Positions 13,287-27,600 are shown, counted from the first letter of the whole stretch. The stretch: DNA of 63,855 bases, filler included, from Choristocarpus tenellus KU-1152 (GCA_964200185.2; 11 parts of 11 records of this genome joined end to end with filler, not necessarily neighbours in it); one strand, 5' to 3'. The notes: a model not told the origin generated them from the letters alone. Numbers and translations: made by a program.

Positions 13287-13420
13287 ATGCAGGTGTTATG
13301 ATAACGCTGTGCGTGTTTAGGTATACTGTGTTTCGGTCATTTCATTCACTTCCAGATTGACGTCTACAACATGCACTAGCCAAGACTTTGTGGCAAGATG
13401 CAGTACATTCTTCATCCCTC
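12230..13420 (+). mobile_element. Ty1/Copia LTR retrotransposon pol relic
   Basis: RT motifs LMHWDVKQAF and GSGRIVYLLKALYGIKLGSREFYNLL; many stops; interrupted by a MITE-C end at ~13235. Confidence 0.8.
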
Positions 13421-13627
13421 CCCTTCGTCCCCACCCCCACACATCCACACATTGCCTGTCCTTATGGTTGGACCTTGATACCCGCCTCACCTCTATGTTG
13501 AGACAAAGAGCAATATCATGAAGTATAGTATAGCAGTTGCCCCAATAAACAATCACAGTCCTCTCTTATCCCTCCCCACCCCCCTTTGCCCCTGCTCCCT
13601 ACTCTTCTCTGTCCCCCTTGACACAAG

Positions 13628-14866
13628 GTGAGGTTTAAGGACATTAGTTCCAGCTCCACGGCATTGGAAAGGCGTGTTCCTGCAGATAGTGTGGGCACCA
13701 GAATTGGGGGTGAGGGAGAAGTTAAGGTCCCATTAAGGCGAGTAGCAAGATCTGCACCCTCTCTGGGCGGTGTGACTGGCCAGGAGTTAAAGCCACCGCT
13801 ACAGAGTGACGACCAAGGTGGCTTTGTAGTACCTGTGGACAATCCAACAATCGCACTGGAGAAGGTGTCTGCAGCAGTTTTGCTGATGGAGGTTGGACTG
13901 GGCAAAGAAGGAGTAGGTGAAGCAGTGGCGGTGAGGGAAATTGGGACGGTAGACCAGGATGAAACTGTGGTTCCAGTGGTGCCAATGACGCCTGGGGGAA
14001 CAGATGACCCAGCCGCCATTGGTGGCACTACCCTCACTTACAAAATTGAGGCAGAACAGGGTGCTGGAGGCGTTGGCACTGATGCAAATGTGGAGGGGGG
14101 GGCTGCCACCTCTGTAGATAGTGATGGTGGAAAGGTAGTACGTGAGGTGGATACGGGACGGGCAGAAGTGGATGCGGAGACTGGGTTCTTGGGGGATGTG
14201 TCCACTACTACGGTGGACGTGGAGGTGGGAGACGAGTCAAGGTTGGAGCCAGAAGCAGGGGAGGTAGAGGTAGAGAGCAAGGAAAAGGAGTTGTCCTTGA
14301 TCCCCTTCAAGGATAAGACTTTCCGGTACAAGCCTTCAATGTCGGAGCTTTTTGCATATGGTATCCTTGGGCCTGTGACTGCCGGGGGTATCGACAGGTA
14401 CGGGGATAGGGATTATGACAGTTTCACCTGCGAAGATGAAGAGCACTCATTGCCAGACAGAGGGGAAGGGGAAGGGGGTGGGGGGGGAGGACAGGACGAG
14501 GCTCCACAACAGCAGGAGCAGCAACTGCTCTGTGCTTCCGAGGAGAGGAGACATAATGTTAGCAGTAGTGATGCCCACGCCAAGGTGGGAAGAGAGACAA
14601 ATGACTCGGAAGTAGAGTCAGATACAGGAAAAGAACATGAGGAATGTGTTACAGACGGAAGGGAAGGTCCAGCTAGGCCACCAGTGCAAAAGGCGACCAC
14701 ATCGATAAGCAGCCCAAAGTCAAAGGAATCAGAGCTTGTGAGGGGAGGAGAGAGGGACACCCCCCAGTATCTATCATCTGACGGTTTGTTCCTTCCCTCG
14801 GAACCCGGGTCCCCAGCCCCGTCCCCCACCGGTGCTACCCCCCGACCCCCCCCCCCCCCTCCCCCC
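13628..14866 (+). CDS. Large internal exon of an unknown gene, acidic and low-complexity
   Basis: Open for more than 410 codons after a long polypyrimidine tract and AG acceptor; runs into the gap. Confidence 0.65.
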
Positions 14867-15169
14867 NNNNNNNNNNNNNNNNNNNNNNNNNNNNNNNNNN
14901 NNNNNNNNNNTTAATTAATTAANNNNNNNNNNNNNNNNNNNNNNNNNNNNNNNNNNNNNNNNNNNNCTCTTCGGATTTGTATCAACCTGATCATCTTCGC
15001 GAAAAGGGAAAATTTAGTGATCAGTTAGTAGTAGCCCCAACAGAAGTCCAGGGTCAACGTATCTGGGGGGGGGGGGTGCCGGCGTCCGTTTTTGACCCTA
15101 GGGTTTAATTCTACATGCCCTACATGACCATTAAGCTGCAGGCCATCTTGCTTTCAACCCCACATTTGA

Positions 15170-16270
15170 CCGCGTGATAGATGGATTTTGCTGACCAACC
15201 TTGCATACAGATGTTACGAAGTGGTGTGAAACTTGCTAATCATGTCAAAGACGGAAGGCCACTCCTACTCCTACTCCACTACCTACAGGGCACATACCTG
15301 TTACACATTCGTTTCAACAGCTTGCTATTGACCTAGTTAAACGTAAGACCACATCAGACGGGGCAAAGCATGTGTTATCCACCGTAGTCCATCACGCAAG
15401 ATTCGCCATCTTGGCTGGCATTGCAAATAAGCAAGAATAAACCGTGGCTAAAGCTCTTGTCAATTATCTTTTTTTCATTTTTTGTCCTCCTGAAACGCTC
15501 CACTCTGACCAAGGCAAAGAATTTGACAATACAGTCCTGGCTGAATACCGTACAGTGTATGGGTATCATAAAACCAAGACCATGGCATATCGACCCCAAG
15601 GCAATAGCATATGTGAATGAATTCATTCCATGGTGCATGGTATGCTGGCGATGTATTCAAATATGGACCAATCTGACTGGGCATTATTATTGCCCTTTGT
15701 ACAACTAGCACATAATACAGCTAATAATACCACTGTTCAGGAAACTATATTTTTCCCTCATGTTTGGAAGGCATCGAATTCTACCAATTGGTCTTATTTT
15801 GGAAATCCATGAGGCCACCCCTATAACCGTACAAGAATACAATACGGGAACAGTGGAAAACTTGCAGCTAGCTTACATATTTGCCTGGTAAAATATTGGC
15901 GAGATGGCACTGAAGAATGAATCTAAGAAATGTGAACCATAAACTCCCACTGTACAAGCCCGGAGATCAAGTATGGCTTCACAAACCAAATACTTCAGCC
16001 AATAATGCACCGAACCCCAAGTTATTATCCCAATGGAGAGGACCTTATGAAGTAAAGGCACGTTTTAGCACCCGTTGATTATCGCGTAAAACGCTCGGAA
16101 GACCGACGTGAAGTGACAGTTCATGTGGTCAGACTTAAACCCTTTAAGGAAGGAGCAGCCACCGAACCTGACATAGATGCCCTTGTTTCACTCTTTTAGG
16201 TCGGGTATTATCTGAACCAAGTCTTGATCAGCGGTCAAAGACACAGTCAACTATTGGGCCTTACAGTGTA
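15170..16270 (+). mobile_element. Ty3/Gypsy integrase relic
   Basis: FQQLAIDLV, LHSDQGKEF, YRPQGN, MLAMYSNMDQSDWALLLPFVQLAHNT and VHVVRLKPF, with frameshifts. Confidence 0.85.
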
Positions 16271-16274
16271 AAGT

Positions 16275-16455
16275 ATTGAGCTCCTGGCCATGCCCAAACG
16301 TGGGCAGGAACAGGGTCTGGTCTCCTATGTGGGTCACCCCTTATGATATGTATGTCAGGGTTGGTGGTCCCAGTCGTGGTGGCATACACGATTGAGCTCC
16401 TGGCCATGCCCAAATTTTGGGAGGAACAGGGTCTGGTCTCCTATGTGAGTCACTC
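16275..16455 (+). repeat. Direct repeat pair (~60 bp)
   Basis: attgagctcctggccatgcccaaa...ggaacagggtctggtctcctatgtg at ~16275 and ~16391. Confidence 0.8.
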
Positions 16456-17376
16456 CTTGAGTTACGTGTGGCAGGATTGATCATCCCTGTGTGCCTCCCA
16501 ACCACTGCCCCCTCATTTGGTGGATTCGTGCAGTGGGGTAAGCTCTCTCGGCAATTTACCAGTCAGTGGCACAGTAATTTTTGCCTTAGACAGCAACCTT
16601 GCGTTGATGCATTATTGCACTATACTTTGATCGGTGAGAGGGACTGAGCATCACGAACAGTGGAAACTCACAGTTTCATGCCAAAGACAAAATCCAATTG
16701 ATATGTGCCTGATGTACCGTGGCATGTTCTGTTGCTTCCTCAAGAACGCCAACGAATTGGCCCTGCAAAATGTCGTTTGTGTTAAGGGCTATTGCATGGT
16801 GGCATAACGAGGTGTTTCACCTAGCTTGGAAACGGATGCATGCAAAAGTGACGCATACATACCATTTGTTACAATGAAGAATTGCATTAAAAGGCGTAGG
16901 TGCTCAGTCATCCGGTTGCTTCAGGAGTGCACGACTTATGAACCCTTGTCACCAAGTACACAGATAAATAGAGGCACAAGGTGACTGGCTATTTTCCACT
17001 GAAGGGCAATCAACAGCTTTTTCTTTCCAAGGAGTCAGACACATCGTACTGATGAAGGCTCAAGTTACCTCGTGGCCATTGTTAATCAAAACAGAGGTGC
17101 ACAGCGGCTGTACCTTGATAGGCAAGGGCTGGAATGAACAGAAGCTATAATAATTTATCGCCATCTTTGGAAGTGTTCTGGAATTGTTGACTGGGCTCTT
17201 GCACTGAATCAATCACGGAATCAGTGAAATTATATTCCCAACATTTTTCTGGTTCTACCGTAATGAATTAGTCCAACACGCCCACATATCCCCACATACT
17301 CAAATTCACAACTTTGTGCAATAACCTATAACCATCCAACCTGCTTATGCTACCCTTGTCCCCAAGGTTAAATATC

Positions 17377-20300
17377 TCAGACTTTAGTAACTCCCCTCAG
17401 GAGGGTAGGGTCGCATGGACCAGGCAACAAGTCCGCCATCAAACTCGCCCCGGCCTCCCCTGTGATGAGCTTGCGCCCCTTGGCAGCGATTGCCTTCATC
17501 ACCTGAGGAGAGTGATAGGGGATAAGCGGCAGTTGTGCAATGCTGGCTGTACAGTTACGATTAGTGGTGATGTTGAGAGCTCTAGCTTTTCTTGCCAAGA
17601 AGTGAATCAACACACTACTACTGAACCCTCCAAAAACAGCACCATTCCAATCCTTGTAATAACTGTTGCTTGAGCTTGCAACAGCAGCCAAGATGTGATT
17701 GATGTTGGTCTGGGTTGGGGTAGGGGAAGGAATGAGGACGTTAATGGACTATGCTTGTATGGTTGTACTCAAAGTAGCGACATAACAAACCCATTCATTG
17801 GCACTAGTGCATAGTTATAATCACAGAGTGTTTGTCAGTGGAGCTCTTTGTCCCTAAAAAAGAGCAAGAAATTGTATATTGTTACAATACTCGGTAAAGC
17901 TAGATGTTAGACATACTCGCAACACCTTTCCATTAACAAGCATATGGTGCCCCATATTTTACTTTCTACTTGAGGTGGTGCATGTTTGATTGCACTTGTG
18001 TTCTGGAAGGTCTTAATGAGAACTTCTAAATTCTAACACCGGTGTTTAGAATAGGTTGTTCAGTCAGCACTGCTGCATGTGTACTTTCTGACTATGTATG
18101 AAACCGTTGTTGGAATATGTCGAATTTTTTACATCCATTTAGAACTAAGTATTATAGTGTGATACTGCTCCGCCACCCTTCGATATCTTAGATGTTGAAA
18201 ATTGGGAATATACTGGATAAGTCAACAGCATGGCCTCCAAAAGGGCCCTACTTTCAAGTGATCTTTAACACCTTCCATTGGCTCTCATCAGATGTCATAA
18301 GTATGTATATCGATCACCTATTGTACCCAAAAGCCAATGCTTGTCGCAAGCATGCATGAAGGGGGAGAGGATATCATTGTTTTTAGGGTTGCTGCACCTC
18401 TAGGCGTTTCCATTCCACCTCGAATCGACGCTTCTCTGCCAAGTTCTCAATGGCCTTCATCTCCGCCTCTGCTTCTGCCATGAGTGCTTTGGCATTGTTC
18501 TCTGCAGCTAGCAACTTGGCTTTAGAAGCCAAGATAGCCACCTCTGCCTCCTTCTCCGCATTCATCCTGAAAGAGTAAGATGTGAGACAAAATTTGAACC
18601 ATGGGAAATTGGTGGTGTGGGGAGTTGGGGTTTTGGGACAGAGGAGCTGTTCAAAGCGTCCTGTGCATGCTCACGCATGCATGCACTACTGCATTCCTGA
18701 AAAAAATGAGCTGGAATAAGTGGGGGCACCTGTTTCAACTAGGTGTGGCTTCGTACTACAGCTTTCAAGATGACTACAGACCCCAATCCAGACCTATTTG
18801 TCCTGGCGGATATTAGATGACAGCAAGCTGCGAAGGAAATAAATCAGGTTAATGATGGCTCCAGGCTACCGTAATGTCAAGGCTAAACAGTGTTAGGAGT
18901 AAGTACATTTCAAAATTGCCTCTGATATCACATTTTTTTTCCCCTTGGAACACAACTGGCATATCTAGATGTCACATGCTACGTGCTGCAATTTTTTTTT
19001 GTGTACCTCTAACCCACCCCTCCTGTGCTCTACGAAACCCCCCCTTACGCTTTTGACTGCATCAGAGCGGCAAGGAGAAGGGATGCATCATGCTAAAGAA
19101 TATGCACTTTGCAGCACACCGCAGCTACAGGTCCTTCCCACACCACTCCAGCTGATACAGTTCATAACTTCAATTTGAGGACAATTGCCTAACAGTCGGT
19201 TGACAATAAAGTCTATGGTGGCCTCAGACTATGAACCTTTTTAGTCACGGGGCAGCTTGTGCCATTGTCGGGACTACAGAGTTCAAAGTCTGAACCCACC
19301 AGAGTCAAAGTATCTTAGAGGGTAGAGCTGCGTCCATATTATGAGGACCCAAATCCGATGTTGCACGTTGATGTAATTTTGTCTATCGTGTTTATTAGGA
19401 GATGTCAATATCCTTGTTCCAGACACACCTTCAGACATACGTTTCATAACGCATACGTTTTACCTACTCCGAAACATTTTGGAGTAGGTAAAATGACATT
19501 AAAACCCGTTGGGAAGCTAACCCCCAATTGGACAAACAAGGAAAAACTCGTACCCTCGAAGATACTCTCACTCACCAAACTCCCAGCAGCACCCCCTAAT
19601 GCTTTAGCATCAACAGAGATAGTACATTGAAGGGAGAAAAAAAAAAATGAATACCCCAAGATCGCGGAATAGGTCCCTCAGTGCGCCAAATCATCAACCT
19701 GGCAGACTCGCAGGCAATCTCGGTGCGACGCACTAATGCCTCAGCCTCCTTTTGAGAATCGATTTTTGCTGCTTCCTCGTTACCCTGGGCACGAGTAATC
19801 TGGGTGAAAGGAAGAGGGAGAATTGGTATATAAAAAGGAAAGCTTAACATTCCAGCACCTGTTGATCGCAATGATGTGCTTACTGGTCCAGCGAGATGAC
19901 AGTAAATAAAAACAGTTGAAGAGGTGGATCTCTAGGTGAGGCACGCTGTCACCATGTCTAGTCCTTGAGGAAGTCAAGAAAAAGCTAAAAGGGGAGACTT
20001 CACTTGCAAGGGGGCCACTACAGTCAGGATGAGAGGGAGGGAACCTCTATGAGGAGTTCACAGTGAGGAACAATGGACACAATACAGCCATAGTTCCCAC
20101 AAGCACGTACTCTGAATGCCCTCAAATAAATTCCAGCCTAAGAAGGCAGTACCCAACCAAGCACCATTCCTCAAGCTACATTTTCTGGGAAAGCAGTGCA
20201 TGGGCCACTGCTGGATAAGATAAAAGGCCAAAGATGGAGGAGATTCACCAATAATACAAAAATACATATAAGCATACAACAAGGTATGAGTTTGAGGTGA

Positions 20301-20426
20301 ACAGAACAACCAAAGTGTCCATCAGAGTACTTACCCTTCAAACATGAACAATCTTCTGTCACATACCTCCACCTCTGCTACAGATCTGGCATTGGTTTCT
20401 TGCACATTCGCTTGACCCCTAGCCAG
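17377..20426 (-). CDS. 3' part of an SPFH/band-7 (flotillin-like) protein; exons 20426-20367, 19799-19699, 18566-18398, 17502-17377
   Basis: Four GT-AG exons in consistent phase give an Ala/Glu-rich coiled coil (AEAEAEMKAIENLAEKRRFEVEWKRLEVMKAIAAKGRKLITGE). The SPFH domain itself is not seen; the family call is by recall. Confidence 0.6.
19302..19573 (+). mobile_element. MITE family A, intronic, TSD ACCA
   Basis: acca|gagtcaaagtatct...gatactctcactc|acca. Confidence 0.93.
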
Positions 20427-21200
20427 CTGTGAGGAGCAATCACAGGGAAGATAGGGTCGATTAGGTTAGGTTAGGAGCTGCGGAAGGACACCACTTGATT
20501 GTGTGATATCTTCATGCCAATAATTGGTAGAGTTATTGTCCAGGAATATGTACTTTATGTACAGTAGAAACTCCTTGAAATATATATATGTATATATACA
20601 TGTTTAAGCGTTCGGCTGGCAATTTATTTAATTTCACGGAATGCAGATGTGAAGCTATGTCAGACCAAATTCGAACTTAATTTTTTTTGTGGCAAGGGGT
20701 ACGGTATACGAGGGTGGATTGCAGGAGAAGGTTGGCGCTTCAGTGTAGAACAACAGCCTGTATGCATGTGCCTGATCCAGATAGATGATTGGAGGACGGC
20801 AAAGTTTGGACACAGCACGATCCCAGTGAATCCAATGTAAGCAAAGCTTTCTTTGGACATAGCTCTCACTGAGACTCTTGAGCAGCAATGAGTGCAGTCC
20901 ACCTATTATGTGACTCAATGCGTGTGATGGTACTACAGTATTTGTCTATGAGTGTTCCTACAAAAATAAATAAATAATACTATAAGTACCGTCCGTGCCC
21001 AGTACAAATTTGTCCGCTTCTACTTGCCTCACACACCTATACTGTACAATATCCAATGTGCCTATGTGCACTAGTACGCTAATAAACTCAACACACCTAG
21101 CACTGGGAGCATCAATAGATACTCTATACTGCACGCCACAGTGGGGCGTGCATGGAGTATGGCCCTTTAACAGCATCCCCCTATCGAAGTACACCCCGAA

Positions 21201-21347
21201 GAGCCAAAGTATCTTAGGGTTAGGGTACAGCCGCGTCCATTTGGGGACCAAAATCCAATGTTGCAATTTTGATGTAATTTTGACTATCATGTTGGTTAGG
21301 AGATGTCAATATCCTTCTCTGGACACTCCTTTTCATAACGTATACAT
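21201..21347 (+). mobile_element. MITE family A, truncated by the gap
   Basis: gagccaaagtatcttagggttagggtacagccgcgtccatttgggg... Confidence 0.88.
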
Positions 21348-21517
21348 NNNNNNNNNNNNNNNNNNNNNNNNNNNNNNNNNNNNNNNNNNNNTTAATTAAT
21401 TAANNNNNNNNNNNNNNNNNNNNNNNNNNNNNNNNNNNNNNNNNNNNTTCCCATTAGTCGTGCTTAAGAAATTTTCCCTTGAACGTGTGTGTATATGGAA
21501 GCCGTGGTTAGATGAGA

Positions 21518-21709
21518 GAGTGAAAGTATCTTAGGGGGTACGAATTTTGCCCTGTTTGTCCATTTGGGGCTTGGCTTCCCACGTTTTTTTTTTTTTTGTT
21601 GCTTCTCCAAAATGTTTTGGAGTAGGTAATATATATACGTTATGAAAAGGTGTGTTTCGGAACAAGGATATTGACACTTCCTAACAAACACAATAGTCTA
21701 CTTCGACTC
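21518..21709 (-). mobile_element. MITE family A, internally deleted
   Basis: gagtgaaagtatctt...tacttcgactc; about 65 bp missing near one end. Confidence 0.85.
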
Positions 21710-23105
21710 AGAGAAACACCCATGCGTAGCTGGTAGTTGCACTGCTCCCATCAGTTAGGGCCCTTGGATTGTGGAGCACAATGTCGTTCAATATTGTGGT
21801 CCCTGGAGAAGTGCCAGACATAGGGATAGGTCTGGGATCTTGCTAGTACTTCTCATTGAAATACATTTCAATGAAAATGTGTTTGTCCTGGTGAGACCTC
21901 ATGCTGCTTGTTCCGCTATTTAGGAAGCCAATGGTGACACAGATACATTTTTTGAAGTGGGAGAGAGGTGATAGGAGAGAGATACTATTATGTCAATGTA
22001 AGTTGGTGGGATGAAAGGGGGAACAGTTGCAAACACTAGCAATATTATTAATGAGGGAGGAAAATCTGAGAACATATCCCGTGTGTACAGGTCTTGACCG
22101 TGTAGTTAAACTCCTTCCCCCTGCCTTGGAACTGAAATCTGCTGTCAGTTCATGTTTCTACTGGTCCAGAGGAGTTTATGTATCCGAAACCACTGCTCTC
22201 TGCTAAATGAGATCTGTGTTCACATAGTCGAGTTTGTGACTGTTTGTTGTAGTGCATTACACCCACTGCAGGGTCCCCTCTTCATTACCCTCCTATAGTA
22301 TGGATACACTTGATTCTTTGTCTCCTTCACATTTCTTTTCGTTCCTCTTTCTTCTTCCAATGTTTTCCTTTGTTCGTTCTATCTATGGTGTGTAGCTATT
22401 GCATTTCTCATTCACTGTACATTGCCGTCTTTGTGTTACCTTTCGACCACCACACATGTCTGGGACTCGGAAAATATTGATATTAAAATGGTGATAATAG
22501 GGATGATAATAGTTGGAAATATGATTATATTAGTAATAGGCAGCACAATATTGGTAGTGGTGAAGTAACTGATAGATTAGTGTTTTTCACACTTACAGTG
22601 TTTTAGAGTAGTGTCACATTTATGATATTTTATTTCTTTAGGGCTTATACTGACATATGTATAGTTTTCATTTGTTTTCCCCGTGACACATCTGCAAAAT
22701 GTCATAGGGCATAATAATATATTTAGTAATAAATCTAATAATTGATTATGCTACTACAAATAATCTAGAGTATAGTCTGGGGAATCCTCATGTGTTCATA
22801 GTGCGTGCAAAATGAAATTCAATATGGTGTTTTGTCGAACTGTCCGTGATAAGATAATCCACTACGAAAATCAGTGCCCAAATGAAATTCACTAGCAAAA
22901 AAAAAGTAAAAAAAACAAGAACGCCACCCGAAGGTGACAGGCGAAATCAAACCATATTCACCATGGTTAGTGGGCGCCATGTGACGAAGAGCAGTCTGCC
23001 GTAGCCCGTGTTAGCTTTCCTCTATTTTGACCCTTCCCTGGATATTCCTCAGTGGATTGAGCGATGGAGGTAGGTAGGTCTTTGCCCGAATGGTTTCGAC
23101 TTCTA

Positions 23106-23940
23106 TTACTCGCCCTGTCTTTGGCTAAAGCAAGTAGTGGGGATCGAAGCAGGCTGGCAAACGGATGTGACTGGTTGAACAGGTTTTGATGCATTGCTTT
23201 TTGGAATGAACGAGGTCCGTATTTTGCAGGAACCGATGCAGTTTGTTTGTTTATGGTAGCACAGGCAGCGGGGGAGGAGTTCTGGGTTAAAACAGGTTGA
23301 AGCATCGGTGCGAGGGTTGCCAGTATATTGTTGCCAACCTCTTGGTGTGGCAGTGAAGTTTGGCTTGATATCGTGCATGGAAGTTCTGTTCTGGCGAGGT
23401 AGCCCTAGTTCCTGCCTAACGATCGGGGTTTCGGCTGAGCCAGCTAAAGGGTCTGACATGGTAGCAAACATAGCACGCGCATCTGCCATGTTACCCAAAC
23501 CACTGTGAGTCTCTTGCTTCTGCAATGCAGCTTTTGTAGCATTTTGGTTGACCGGGACAAATGCGTATTGGTCGCTTCGATTGGAAAATTCCTCTATGAG
23601 ATCATCAAACTTCTAAGTGTTGCCCCGAGGAGTCTTACCGAGATAATACTTTTCACTATTGTTTCCAACTTGAAATGGGAAATTTCGTAAAATTTGGTCA
23701 TGAAAAACACTACCCAACAGAACATAGATAAGACTTTTTGATAGTGAATTTCATTTGCCACACTCGTATACTTCGTTCTACACACTCCATTTAAAAAAAA
23801 TATATATATATATATACTCTGGAGTAGATACAATATTTTTTACGTCGTATGTCACAAATTCTTACACTGTTCTCACACTACTACTAATTGTACTACTGCC
23901 TCTATCAGTAGCTTACTTCTCCGATATTGGGTTCAGTCAT
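23106..23940 (-). CDS. Hypothetical protein; exons 23940-23917 and 23612-23106
   Basis: MTEPNIGE|KFDDLIEEFSNRSDQ... joined by a GTAAGC..CTTAG intron in frame with ORF 23106-23525; head-to-head with the IQ gene. Confidence 0.5.
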
Positions 23941-24681
23941 TCCACTGGTCGTCGGCTTGCCTCCCTCAAAACTTGTACCTAACCCACCTCCGCGTCACCT
24001 TGTCTTTCCATCTATTGTTCTTGGTCCAGCATCTTCGTGATATATGTACGTAGGGAGAGTAGTAGATAGCATTACATAGGCCAGTGCTTAGTTCTTTTCC
24101 ACACGGACTTGGGATAATCGAAACCAAATTCCCATGAAAAAGAAGTCAAGCATCGTTGATACGGTTCAAACCGTGTGAAATTCATCCAAGAAGGAAACAA
24201 CATCCTCCATCCATATATCCGTTGAGTCGTGAGGATGCAATAGCAAAGATCAAATAAATGCCAAACCAAGGATGAGGTGGGGAAGTGCTTCATTGTAGAG
24301 TGATGCCGAGGTTGGTCAGGCACATGATTCGAGGGAAAAGGTAGGCCAACGAATGATGGTATGACTGAGCCTAGAGAGGACGAGCAACAGAGTAGAGCTA
24401 GTCAATGAAACAACAGTTACTTCGAGCATTATATATGTTCTTATTTGTAGATGAACGGAAATATGTAGCCCTCTGGTCAAGGGTGAGTGGTGATAGTACC
24501 CAGACTATAAAGCGAATGTAATATTTTATGAAAAATATCCATCAAGGTGTAGATCTAAAAATTGTAAAGATAATACAAATCTAGACCCTGTTCCAGGAAC
24601 GACTCTCGCGCGCTCTCGCGTCCTTTTTTCTCTCTTGTCGCTATTGTGGGTTGTAACGCCAGAATATAGTGTATCTGGTTG

Positions 24682-27600
24682 ATGCTTCCCAATCTAGTCG
24701 GAGTGGGGTTCAGCCCTAAAGTCTCTGCGATCACAGAATGGACACGCCCTGGAATGCTTGATGCCAAGGCGACTAAAAAGGTAACTAGCCTAACAGGTGG
24801 TGAACGAGTTGTAGGGGGATTTACAAAGGAAGGCGTGAAGGTCGCATCCCAAAAGGTTCGTGAACGACATGGGAAGCGAAGGTGTCGCAAGGACACCGAC
24901 AATGAGCTCTTCACAAGTTTCACCTTGAACCGAGACCCAGAGAACTCCAAGTATCTTCCCTATGACGAGGTGGTATATCCAAGACTCTTCAACCGTCCTC
25001 GGCAGGCCAGGATCGTTGGCAATCCCTCCAGGGCAGTTGCGGAGCTGGACAGCATGTGGATGGTCGGGTTTGTGGAGAATACTCACCGCAACCAGAAGGG
25101 ACTCCTCCTTCATGAATTGCAAGATTTTATACGTCTCCCGGGTTCTACTGTTCTCCCCGGATCCACCTCGACGCTTGACACGCTTTGTAAGATCACAGGT
25201 GGTGTATCCGAAAATGGCGGAGGATTTGATTCGGGTAGCGGAGGGGCAGATGGTGGTGGATCGTCAGCACCCTCTGCAGCAGGATCAAAACCTACTCGTA
25301 CGAGCGCACTGACGGACTTAGAGTGCATGCGTCTTCGCGAGCTGGAAAGACGTCTTTCACTAAAATCTCTCGGGGAAAGTAGCTCAAATGTGTGTCGGCG
25401 GGGGGGATTGCGTGCCTATGGCATGGCCAATCGTAAGCTAAGGAAGATCTTGAGGGGGGGGCGTCCCCCCGTCCTTAGACACGTAGTCAAGAGCCTCGAT
25501 CTCGAGACAATTTTCCAGCGGAATCGAGAAGAGCGGGTTTCTGCCGTCAGGATCCAGCAGTACTACAAGCGATACTATCGACGCAAGAAGTTCTTGGCAC
25601 TCATGTCTCAGCTCCGTCTTGTAGTGCGACTTCAGGCCCTTGTGAGGGGTGTACTAACTCGGCGTTTCGTGGCCGAGTGGTACACCCGCCGCACAATGAT
25701 GGTGCTCGGATGGCAGACACTATTTCGACGCGTACTTAGCAATGTTACTCACACTCACACGATCACCGCTGAGCACCATGCGGCAACAAAAATCCAGGCA
25801 ATTTATCGGAGGAAGATGGACAGTCGACGAGCAAGTCATTGCCGTGTTGCACTTGCTGCCCTCCGCATCCAGTGCCTTTGGCGTGGATGCGTTGATCGCG
25901 CCCGCGTAGATCGACTCTGGCTAGATGAAAAGGCGATCTCCATTCAGGGTCTGGCACGAATACTCGTGGCAAAGCGTGTGGTATCCCACCGTCGCCGAAT
26001 CTTCTGCTTTGCTGCAAGGACAATTCAGCGGTGCTTTCGTGGGAGGGTTGCTAGAGATGCTAAGAATCGCCTGATATGGGAACGAGAGCTGCAGACTCGC
26101 AGTGACTTCCTCCGGGTCCTTGCCGCAGAGGAAGCCTGGGAGCGCGAGAACCTTGAGGTTCTTAAACGGCGTGTTGGAAGCACACAACTCAAGGAGAGAC
26201 TTCAGGAAGCAAAACAGGCAGAGGTGGAGGCACATTACAAAGTCTATAAGACAGAGGTGAGACATACATGAGAGGGAAGAGGAGGACTATCGAACACAAC
26301 TAGTAACGGAATTTGTGAGTAGAAGAAGAGTATCATAATCTAGTTCACTTTGTAAACTCACAGTTATATTTCCTCTGCATTTACTCTGAGAAAATAACCC
26401 TGACACAACCTGTGACTACTCACTTTCCCCTGTTCAAGTTAGAAAAACGCTGAGGAGCTCTGCACACAGCAACAAATGTTAAGCCCACGTGCTCTACAGC
26501 AAGGGTGGAAGGAAGAACTCGACCGCAACATAGAGCAACATAAATCGTGGATAACCCAACGCAAGCTTGCTGCAGTCTTTGAAGCCTCTCTGCCAGCTAG
26601 GAAACTTGAAGAAGAGGTGCATGAGATCCCAAAAGAATGAATGCACAATACTACTCCAGAGACCAAACCAGGAATATTCAAAGTCTGCTCCAGCTTCCTC
26701 TTATCCTATATAATCAGAACAGTTCATACAATGTCACCTTGAAACTAATGTATGCTGGTCCTTTCCTGCAGACAGGGACGGATAGAGGCACCTACCTGGC
26801 TTGTGTACTTGTGGGGAAATGGTGGGCCTCACAACCTCCCTGTTCTCAACTCTTAGGTGGAGTGCCGAGACAAACTCTTTAAGGAGCGGTGTGAGCAGGC
26901 TGACCGATTATCTCAATGGAGGGAAAAGGAGATGAAGGACATATTTGACAGAGAGGCTCACCACCATTTTGACAAGAAAAATGTGGAAGAAATTCGCAAG
27001 GTTAGCAAGCGTAGTGTGCAAAGTTTCCACTTAATTATGTTTTGTGCTAGTTCGTGGTGTAGATTGCCTCAGTGTTTATCTTTCGAAAGGTGCCTGTCTG
27101 TCATCTGGGGATGACTGCAATTTGTGAGGAACTAATCAGCTCCCTGATAATCATGTCCCCAAACCCCGTCATACGCCAATATCTGATGCACAAAATTGTG
27201 CAAGAAGAGTCAAAGTATCTTAGAGGGTAGAGCCATGTCTGTTTGGGAACCAAAATCTAATGTTGCGATTTTGATGTAATTTTGGCTATTGTGTTTATCA
27301 GGAAGTGTCAATATCCTTGTTCTGAGCACACCTTTTAAAAACTATACATTTACCTACTCCGAAACAATTTGGAGTAGGAAAATGTCATAAAAATTACAAA
27401 TGGACAAACAGGGCAAAACTCATACCCTCTAAGATACTTTCACTCTAAGCCGTACTACATTGCTTACCTACGGCCTCTAGTATCCTAATGGGGGGGTCAG
27501 GTGCCCATTTGGGGCCTTTGTGACCCTGTAGTGATTTTTCATATCATTTGAGTGTAACATGTCTGATGTATCGGCTATTTTCTTCATCTGGATGCACCAT

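Noticed and set aside
23985-24230. TAG-to-Gln recoding suggested by MLDQEQ*MERQ and by TAGs in relics
   Set aside because: A simpler gene model starts at ATG 23940. KEA3, COQ8 and IQ exons 1-6 contain no internal TAG or TAA, and the other TAGs lie in pseudogenes.
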